Shown: positions 57,264-64,000 of the stretch, piece by piece
How positions within the stretch are numbered: position 1 is the stretch's first letter
How the letters are laid out: the number at the start of each line of letters is the position of its first letter
Origin: an uncultured virus (IMG/VR IMGVR_UViG_3300027793_000064)
Taxonomy: Duplodnaviria > Heunggongvirae > Uroviricota > Caudoviricetes
Reading direction: 5' to 3' (one strand)
Virus record (IMG/VR): IMGVR_UViG_3300027793_000064
Length of the DNA: 64,000 nucleotides
Notes under the pieces: model-generated
What the model saw: only the letters and a program-made list of their open reading frames with translations
What the model was told of the DNA's origin: nothing
Databases searched by the model: none
Translations under genes and position numbers: made by a program

Positions 57264-57684
57264 ATCCAGAAATATATTTTTGGTACTCGATACTATTTTT
57301 TACTTGATAAGTTCTACTATGTATCATTTTGAGGATATCGCTCAAATAATTTAACATAGCATCGTAATATTCAATTTTTAATGATGCATTTGATATGTCT
57401 TCATCTGCATTCATGCAATTCTGTAAGTGCTCTTTATCTCTTATTTTTTTCTGATATATTTCTTTGTATTCCTCTGGATCTGCTTTTCCAGTATAATATT
57501 CGTATTTTTTGAGTCTTATTTTGTTCTTATCTTCTAATGCTTTTTTCTTTAATAATAAAATATTATTAAATATCTCATAATATTTTGAGTGTAATTGAGG
57601 TATCTTTAGAGATTCTAGATGTAAATTATCTGGATCTATGAAAGAATCTTCTTTCCACATTGATTGTATTTCATTGATATTCAT
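57256..57684 (-). CDS. uvsY: Recombination mediator UvsY
   Basis: IPQLHSKY, YYTGK; synteny gp3-uvsY-uvsW. Confidence 0.88.
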   Translation of the reverse strand: MNINEIQSMWKEDSFIDPDNLHLESLKIPQLHSKYYEIFNNILLLKKKALEDKNKIRLKKYEYYTGKADPEEYKEIYQKKIRDKEHLQNCMNADEDISNASLKIEYYDAMLNYLSDILKMIHSRTYQVKNSIEYQKYISGYG

Positions 57685-58243
57685 ATAGTAAATTTCCCTT
57701 ATTGTCAGTTATTTCATAGTAAGTATATTTAAACTTTACTTCGGCAGTAAAGTATTCGGCATCATTATCAGTAGCATCAAATAATAGTGTAGTTAAATCA
57801 TATGGAAACAAATCGTAAAACTTTACTTGAAAATTTGGTCTTTGACTACTGGTTAAAACTTGTAGAGTCCCATCTGAATATAAATTTAATGTGGAGTTTA
57901 TTTTTGTATCTATTTTTTGATTTTGTCTCTGTAATGTGTATATTTGGTCCAATGATTCTGGATAGCCAAGACCTCTGATCCAATTTTGAATTTCCATGTA
58001 ATTTTCTAATCCTTCATCTACTAAAAAGCGTAGATTAAAATCTTCAAATTTTATCTTATCTCCTGGTTGAGCAATATCTTTTAGATATGTAGGTTGATTT
58101 GCTATTCCCAAACTCAAAGAAGGTATATTAGCAGTATTCGAAAAAAATGCTACTTTTGGCGATCTCGTGATAGTGAATCTAAATTGTGTTGGAGATAGAA
58201 AATTTCTATTCTGTATTTGATTACTAAATGCGTTTCCAGCCAT
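57671..58243 (-). CDS. gp3: Tail completion/sheath stabiliser (gp3-like)
   Basis: NFLSP, PGDK, FLVDE.LENY.EI.NW; late promoter at 58253-58260. Confidence 0.85.
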   Translation of the reverse strand: MAGNAFSNQIQNRNFLSPTQFRFTITRSPKVAFFSNTANIPSLSLGIANQPTYLKDIAQPGDKIKFEDFNLRFLVDEGLENYMEIQNWIRGLGYPESLDQIYTLQRQNQKIDTKINSTLNLYSDGTLQVLTSSQRPNFQVKFYDLFPYDLTTLLFDATDNDAEYFTAEVKFKYTYYEITDNKGNLLYEYQ

Positions 58244-58269
58244 TTTTTCTACTATTTATACTTGGTAAT

Positions 58270-58295
58270 AAAAAAGGGACCCGAAGGTCCCTTTT
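58270..58295 (-). terminator. gp23 terminator
   Basis: AAAAGGGACC-TTCG-GGTCCCTTTTTT. Confidence 0.88.
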
Positions 58296-58314
58296 GGAAT
58301 TTATACAAGAAGAA

Positions 58315-59748
58315 TCACATTAGGTTCTTAACTTGTACTCTACGATAGTAGCGGTTTGAATTGATTTGTAGACGACCCAAACCTTGTGCAGTTGCATCAC
58401 CTTCAGCAAATGGATTCGCTACCATTCCGTAGCGAGTCTTGAATCCAATTTTTGGCTGGAAGGTGTTCTCGCCAACGGCACGAACCATCTGGAGAGGAAC
58501 ATAAGGGCAGTAGAATAGACCAGCATCATAAGGGGAAGTACCCTTATAGCCGACAACATAATACTGACCACCATCAGCGCCAGGATTGGTACCACCAGAA
58601 TAAGGATCGATATAAACACGATACTTACCCATTAGAACACCAGCAAAAGTATTACCAGTGTCATCTACATTTAGGTTAGCATTTAGTGCAGGGGTGTAGT
58701 CGAGTACGCCTGCCATGGTTAGAGCAGAAGCAACATCAGAGGAGCACATGATCACATTACCCTTTCCTCTACGAGTTCTGATTGCAATTGCGTTTGCATC
58801 ACGCTCGATTTGGAAAAGTAGACCCTTGAACTTCTCAACAGACCAACGACCATTGGAGTCGATATCTAGGTCAAATACACCTGCGGTAGCAACATTAGTT
58901 GCAGCGCCTTGCTCAGCTACCTTGTAGATAGTTCTGATTACTTCGCGGTTGATTTCAGCAAGAATCTCGGTGGAGAGAATATTTGCGAGTTCTGCTTCTG
59001 CGTTTAGACCATGGATAGCCTTTAGATCTTGTGCAAGCTCTAAGCTATACTCGGCCTTTAGTGCTCTAGACTTTGCTTCAACTAGGATTTTCTCGATAGA
59101 GAAAGCCATTTCGTTGAACTGGCCACCATTAGAAGCGCCGAGAGCCTCAGCATCACCAGTCTTCATTGCCTGGCCAACATTATAGCCAAGTGAAGATGCG
59201 GTACCAACTGGGTTTAGAATTCCAGGATTGCTTCCAGTTTGGGTTCCACCTGTAGTACCTAGACCAGCAATAGCATCAGTTGCATTGGTTGCACTGTTGT
59301 TTGCATTGGTACCAGAGAATGCAGTATTTACTTCATTATAGAAGGCTTCGGTTCCGCTCTGGTCGTTGTAGCGTGAACGCATTGCGAAAATGAGTCCAGT
59401 AGGACCAGTCATTGGTTGTACGCCAGCTAGGTCATATGCGACCAAGTTAGGCATGGAACGACGAATTAGGCTGATTAGTACAGGGTCAAAACCAGCTACA
59501 GGACCACCAGCAGCGGCACCACTACCTACACTGCTATATGCACCATAACCACCAGGAGCATTACCTGAGTTGGTTGGTGATTCCATTAATACACCATTAG
59601 AGAATGCTTGTTCTTCTCTTAGGAATTTTTCTTGGTTTTCGAGCAAGACAGCGGTTACTGCTTTACGATGAGAATCTCTGATTGGATCAAGACCATCATA
59701 GTTGAGAAGCGGTGCCCACTTTTCTTGCAGATGCTCGGATTGGAACAT
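58315..59748 (-). CDS. gp23: Major capsid protein
   Basis: LIRRSMPNL, QPMTGPTGLIFAMR, ELAQDLKAIHGL, YCPYVPL, GFKTRYG. Confidence 0.98.
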   Translation of the reverse strand: MFQSEHLQEKWAPLLNYDGLDPIRDSHRKAVTAVLLENQEKFLREEQAFSNGVLMESPTNSGNAPGGYGAYSSVGSGAAAGGPVAGFDPVLISLIRRSMPNLVAYDLAGVQPMTGPTGLIFAMRSRYNDQSGTEAFYNEVNTAFSGTNANNSATNATDAIAGLGTTGGTQTGSNPGILNPVGTASSLGYNVGQAMKTGDAEALGASNGGQFNEMAFSIEKILVEAKSRALKAEYSLELAQDLKAIHGLNAEAELANILSTEILAEINREVIRTIYKVAEQGAATNVATAGVFDLDIDSNGRWSVEKFKGLLFQIERDANAIAIRTRRGKGNVIMCSSDVASALTMAGVLDYTPALNANLNVDDTGNTFAGVLMGKYRVYIDPYSGGTNPGADGGQYYVVGYKGTSPYDAGLFYCPYVPLQMVRAVGENTFQPKIGFKTRYGMVANPFAEGDATAQGLGRLQINSNRYYRRVQVKNLM

Positions 59749-59801
59749 TTGCTTTTACCTCTTAAAAAATGTGTTTGTTTTTGTTTGATTTAATGTTAAA
59801 A

Positions 59802-60974
59802 TCAGTTGTTAGCCAACATAGAAAGGGCTTTCATATATGTATTCATCGATGGGGAATAATCCTCAACAGATGAAATTACACCTTCTGAAAGGGTTTCAGG
59901 TTGAGCAGTTGGAGATGTAGTTCTGGATGGAAAATATGATTCCTTCAAGGTCTCCAATTTTTCACGATATTCTTCTTCACTTTCAAACTCAACACTTTCG
60001 GCAAGTGAAGCGAGCTTTTCTTTCTGAGTGATGGCTAGACCATCAGATACTACATCAAAAATTCTATCAGCAACCGACTCTGAGAGTCTTCTGTTGAGTT
60101 GAATGTTTCTCTCAATTTGCTCGTTGAGTTTTGTCTCCATTTCATCAAGTTTTTCTACCATATTCTCAAGTACATCATATTTTTCTTCAGGGAGTTGTAC
60201 ATAATGATCTTCAAAAAGATTCTTGAGATTGCTCAAGAATGATTCACTTAGTTGCTCTTTAATTCCATATTCAATAGCAAGATTGTTTTCTTGCATCCAC
60301 TCATCAGCAACATATTCTAGATAAGAATCTACGCGCTCTTGTAGTTCTTCTTTCATAGAACCTACTTCTTCGTATAATCTTTCTTCATATGCTTGCTGAT
60401 ATTGCTCGTCAAGCACTTCACGAATTTCATTTACTTTACTGCGAAGAGCAGCTTCAAAAATTACTTTAGCTTTATCTTTGAACTCTTCAGAAAGATCTTC
60501 TCCTTCGACGAGAGCTTGTACATCTTCTTCGATGTCAAACTCTTCTTCTAATTCTTCATCTTCTTCATCTTCTTCATCTTCGTCATCATCTTCGTCGTCA
60601 CTATAATCTTCTAGATCTTCGTCGTCTTCTTGCTCTTCACTGAGTTCATCTTCATCAATTTCTTCTTCTTCCTCGGCCTCTTCTTTTACTGCCATTGTCT
60701 GCATGGCTTCTGCAGCTTTTGCTTTAGAGTTTACTACATCATTTACACTCTTAAGTGTTGCAGCAGGATCTTTTATTTTTGCTGATTCGTCGTCAGACTT
60801 GTAATTTTCTGGAGTTGGACCACCAAGATCTTCCCAACCAGTGGCACTCTGGCCATCAGGAATACCAGTTGTTAGATGTGGCATTGGCTCTGCTGGTTTT
60901 GCGGTTGCATTTACAGCAGATTTGGATTGCTTTGTGCCTACTTCCATTTCTTGTAAGTTTTTTCCACGAGACAT
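59802..60974 (-). CDS. gp22: Prohead core scaffold protein
   Basis: Acidic coiled coil, IFEAA, DSYLEYV; between gp21 and gp23. Confidence 0.92.
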   Translation of the reverse strand: MSRGKNLQEMEVGTKQSKSAVNATAKPAEPMPHLTTGIPDGQSATGWEDLGGPTPENYKSDDESAKIKDPAATLKSVNDVVNSKAKAAEAMQTMAVKEEAEEEEEIDEDELSEEQEDDEDLEDYSDDEDDDEDEEDEEDEELEEEFDIEEDVQALVEGEDLSEEFKDKAKVIFEAALRSKVNEIREVLDEQYQQAYEERLYEEVGSMKEELQERVDSYLEYVADEWMQENNLAIEYGIKEQLSESFLSNLKNLFEDHYVQLPEEKYDVLENMVEKLDEMETKLNEQIERNIQLNRRLSESVADRIFDVVSDGLAITQKEKLASLAESVEFESEEEYREKLETLKESYFPSRTTSPTAQPETLSEGVISSVEDYSPSMNTYMKALSMLANN

Positions 60975-61030
60975 TTGAACTCTCCGATTTAGCTATGTAT
61001 TAAATCTATATTTATTTATAATTTATGAAA

Positions 61031-61675
61031 TTACAAAGAATTTAAAAATTCATTGAATAATTCAATTTTCCTTTCTTCTAGTTGTTTTGTGTCAACTAGA
61101 TGATTTATTTTTTTCTTAGCATTTTCTAGTAACCAAGAATTTCTTGATACATCATATATCCACTCAACTCCTTCCATGATCCCATTTACAAATGCATCAG
61201 GAGCGGAAGGATCTGCAACTATGTCAGCAGCAGTAGCCAACATAAAATCATTAGAGACATAACGAACACCATTTCTTTCTACTAGTGAACCAATTCCACG
61301 AGAAGAAACTCCCAGTTTCACTCCTTCCGAAATCAAAGAAGAAGCTATTTTACCCATTGGAGTATCTAGAATTTTTGCTTTACCGACAAAGTTATTTCCA
61401 TCTTCTCTCAAAGATGTGATCATATGAGAAACTCTATCTAGATTTACTGTTGGCCCATCTGGGTGGCCCAACTCACCTAAAGCTCTTCCTTTTGAAATAT
61501 AATTATCAGTATATCTAGTTACTTCTCTGGCAAGAGTTTCCATCGGATAACATCTACCATTACGATTTTTTATATCAGCCTGAAGGAAAATTCCCTCTAT
61601 ATAAAGAGATTTTTTTCCGTTTTTTTCTTCGGTGATGAATTTTACCTTAGAAATTTCTTCTGTGATTAGTTTCAT
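61031..61675 (-). CDS. gp21: Prohead protease
   Basis: GELGHP, VSSRGIGS, DIVADPSAPDA. Confidence 0.96.
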   Translation of the reverse strand: MKLITEEISKVKFITEEKNGKKSLYIEGIFLQADIKNRNGRCYPMETLAREVTRYTDNYISKGRALGELGHPDGPTVNLDRVSHMITSLREDGNNFVGKAKILDTPMGKIASSLISEGVKLGVSSRGIGSLVERNGVRYVSNDFMLATAADIVADPSAPDAFVNGIMEGVEWIYDVSRNSWLLENAKKKINHLVDTKQLEERKIELFNEFLNSL

Positions 61676-61679
61676 TTTA

Positions 61680-61946
61680 CTAGTTGGTAAATCCTACTTT
61701 TGTCGCTTTAATTGCTGAAGAGGTCCAAATTACATCTGTTGGAAGTTTTTCTAAAAATTCAACTGAATTTCCCGGCATTGAGAAATAATTAGTTGTTGCT
61801 GCTCCAACAATAGTCGAAACACCAACTGTAACTATTCCAGAAGTTATATTATGGAGACGAACACAAGTTGCATTCGAAATGCTAGATGCTGCTCCAGCAG
61901 CTGTTGCTGTGGAAATTTCAGTTTCAACTATTTTGGTTCTTTGCAT
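61680..61946 (-). CDS. Hypothetical small virion protein
   Basis: ORF track, in the head module. Confidence 0.75.
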   Translation of the reverse strand: MQRTKIVETEISTATAAGAASSISNATCVRLHNITSGIVTVGVSTIVGAATTNYFSMPGNSVEFLEKLPTDVIWTSSAIKATKVGFTN

Positions 61947-61990
61947 TTTTTATAATAAAGATCTTATTAGTTATTTATTATTTAATAAAA

Positions 61991-63265
61991 TTACCTCTGT
62001 TCCAACCAGTTTAAAACTGCAAGTGCTGCCTTGTTAGCATTGGGTGAAGCACATACAAGAGTATAAATGTCACTAATTGTTCCAATACCACTTCTACCAA
62101 TTTGTAGTTGTGCTTTATCATCAATAATTACTGATTGTCCTCCACCACCAACAACAAATCCACTCAAAAGAACCTTACCACCAGTAAAAGAAGTTGCAGT
62201 GGTATCATATTGAGTAATTGCATCTGAGTTTGCATGGTTAGTAAATACTGCACCAGTTAAGGTTGGGTTCTCAATCAACCTCCAAAAAATGTTAGTGTTA
62301 TCATTCGTGGATACTTGAAGTGATCTTGGAATAACCACTCCAGATAATGAATTTGATTTGAGACGAAGACTTAGAATTGGATAATAAGTATTTGCAGATG
62401 CCATCGTGGTTCCAGTGATAGCATTACCTTGACTGACGAGAGTTCCAAGTTTCTCTGGTTCACCTTCTTGAATAAGAGAATTCGAACCCTGATACATGTA
62501 ATGAGTTCCTGCAACACCCGTTACATTTTCTATCTCAAGTCTAATTGGTAAGAATGGAGTAGAACACCAAACATATGGATTAGTATTTGAGTTATCAAAA
62601 GTGTGACTATGAATTGTTTCATTCTTCATCAACCAATTGAACTGGACGATACCTGCACCATACCATTCATAATTGATAGAAATCATTTGTTGTTTGGTTG
62701 CATCTGCAGTTACTCCAGTCCAACCATTCCCATCAAACTTCTCACCATTCCAATTTTCTCTGGTTACTCTAGTTTCTGTAACAATTCCTGATGTGCTACT
62801 ACGGATTACATACGAATAAACACCACCATTATCTTCAAAATAAGCACCATTATTATCATCAAACAATCCAAATCTTCTGCGAATACCTACCTGCGGTATA
62901 TCAAGACGAATTGCAAATGCAAGAGTTGCACCCCTACCAGGGATGTATCTCATTACCGCTCTAGTTTGACGAGTGACTTTACTTCCCGCAGTAGAACCAA
63001 CTTGCATCACAACATTACTGGATGATGCATTAAATGTTGCAGTTCCAACTCCAACTACTCTTTCGTCCCATACATCAGTTTCCTTTCCATACTGGAAAGT
63101 ATTAAAGAAAACTGTTTGGTAAGGAGAAACCTTAAATCTGTTGTTGTTAGTGAATTGAGGTCTCCAGTCCGTCTGGTTTCCCCAATGATCTGCAATATTA
63201 TAAACCTCAAAGAGACTTCTCTCTTGATTGAGATAATCTTGTCTATTTTTATTCCACTGAGCCAT
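61991..63265 (-). CDS. Putative virion structural protein (beta-rich)
   Basis: 424-aa ORF, YEWYGAG; in the head module. Confidence 0.75.
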   Translation of the reverse strand: MAQWNKNRQDYLNQERSLFEVYNIADHWGNQTDWRPQFTNNNRFKVSPYQTVFFNTFQYGKETDVWDERVVGVGTATFNASSSNVVMQVGSTAGSKVTRQTRAVMRYIPGRGATLAFAIRLDIPQVGIRRRFGLFDDNNGAYFEDNGGVYSYVIRSSTSGIVTETRVTRENWNGEKFDGNGWTGVTADATKQQMISINYEWYGAGIVQFNWLMKNETIHSHTFDNSNTNPYVWCSTPFLPIRLEIENVTGVAGTHYMYQGSNSLIQEGEPEKLGTLVSQGNAITGTTMASANTYYPILSLRLKSNSLSGVVIPRSLQVSTNDNTNIFWRLIENPTLTGAVFTNHANSDAITQYDTTATSFTGGKVLLSGFVVGGGGQSVIIDDKAQLQIGRSGIGTISDIYTLVCASPNANKAALAVLNWLEQR

Positions 63266-63268
63266 AAA

Positions 63269-63589
63269 TTAATCAATCCACTCTAACTTTGATGGGTGAT
63301 ATCTTTGTATATTTTTAATATTAAAATTATTTTCCTGTGCTGGATATATGTTATGGACTATTGCTCCAGGATATTTGTCCTGGAGTTGTTCGCCAAGATC
63401 TTGCCTAGATGGGACTCCAGTTTTGGTTACCAATTCCAACCTATAAATATTACCTTGCCACATTACATCAGCAACATAACTTTCACCAACCTGTTGTTGT
63501 GATTCTGGTTGAGAATTTATATAAAGATTTCCAGTAAAATCACCAGCAATATTAACTGATTCAGATATAAATTGCCTGAATGATTTCAT
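63269..63589 (-). CDS. Hypothetical head-module protein
   Basis: ATG at 63589, MKSFRQFISE... Confidence 0.75.
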   Translation of the reverse strand: MKSFRQFISESVNIAGDFTGNLYINSQPESQQQVGESYVADVMWQGNIYRLELVTKTGVPSRQDLGEQLQDKYPGAIVHNIYPAQENNFNIKNIQRYHPSKLEWID

Positions 63590-63593
63590 TTGT

Positions 63594-63746
63594 TCATTCC
63601 TCTTCGCTACCAAATAATGAAGCAGCAACTGCGGGTCTAAATTCGTTTATTTTATCTGATGATTTTTGATAAAGAACATCTTTGATTTTATCGCTGATCT
63701 GAGAAGGAGATTCGTCCGAAGCGATCATATCCATTAAGTCTTCCAT
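63594..63746 (-). CDS. Small prohead-core-like protein (50 aa)
   Basis: MEDLMDMIASDESPSQISDKIKDVLY...; occupies the position of gp67 after the portal. Confidence 0.65.
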   Translation of the reverse strand: MEDLMDMIASDESPSQISDKIKDVLYQKSSDKINEFRPAVAASLFGSEEE

Positions 63747-63779
63747 AAAATTAAAATTGTGTATTTGTATTATTTAGAT

Positions 63780-64000
63780 TTATATTTCTCCACCTTTAGG
63801 TAGTTTTGGTGGTTCTACTATTTTTTCATTTGCTTGTGGTTCTATGGGAATTTTTCCCATTTCTCCTTGTATATTATTACCAATTTCTAATGGCATTCCA
63901 GTATTTGGGTCTATTGGAATACTGGGATCTGGTATTATTCCTTCTTCTATTTCTTTTTTGATTAATTCATCTTGCTCTACTATTTCTTGGTCGGTTTGTC
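63780..64000 (-). CDS. gp20: Portal protein, C-terminal fragment
   Basis: QTDQEIVEQDELIKKEIEEGIIPDP...KGGEI*; synteny. Confidence 0.8.
   Translation of the reverse strand, partial: QTDQEIVEQDELIKKEIEEGIIPDPSIPIDPNTGMPLEIGNNIQGEMGKIPIEPQANEKIVEPPKLPKGGEI

Noticed and set aside
60530..60690. (TCT/TCA/TCG)n microsatellite-like tract
   Set aside because: Encodes the Glu/Asp-rich linker normal for gp22 scaffold proteins
1..64000. Stop-codon reassignment or suppressor tRNA
   Set aside because: Core genes are intact under the standard code, all three stop codons are used, and no CUA, UUA or UCA anticodon was found

Overview
This is a 64-kb internal segment of an AT-rich T4-like cyanophage (myovirus) genome, transcribed almost entirely on the minus strand. 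A picocyanobacterial host is inferred from hli, petF and a SomA/B-type porin. From right to left it contains: the head module (portal C-terminus, gp21, gp22, gp23) and gp3; uvsY, uvsW, gp55, gp47 and gp46; a CobT/CobS-like VWA-AAA pair; the replisome genes (gp45, gp44, gp62, regA, hsp20, gp43, uvsX, gp41, mazG); probable internal virion proteins; primase and nrdA/nrdB; a tRNA/ncRNA island; an approximately 11.5-kb sugar-nucleotide and glycosyltransferase island; porin, hli and ferredoxin genes; a lysis region; and a repeat-bearing fibre-like gene cut by the left edge. The most striking structure is a tRNA-Arg(UCU) gene split at its anticodon by an insert of about 570 bp. The insert carries a second, intact and divergent tRNA-Arg(UCU) plus a PD-(D/E)XK homing endonuclease whose C-terminus is encoded by the split tRNA's T-arm. 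Other highlights are a multi-pseudoknot (manA-like) RNA interrupted by a membrane-protein ORF, an anticodon-less tRNA-like RNA, a probable GDP-colitose pathway, a ROSE-like thermometer on hsp20, T4 capsid-targeting-like N-termini on several enzymes, and an orphan antisense promoter next to gp55. All calls were made by eye from motifs and synteny; no searches were run.
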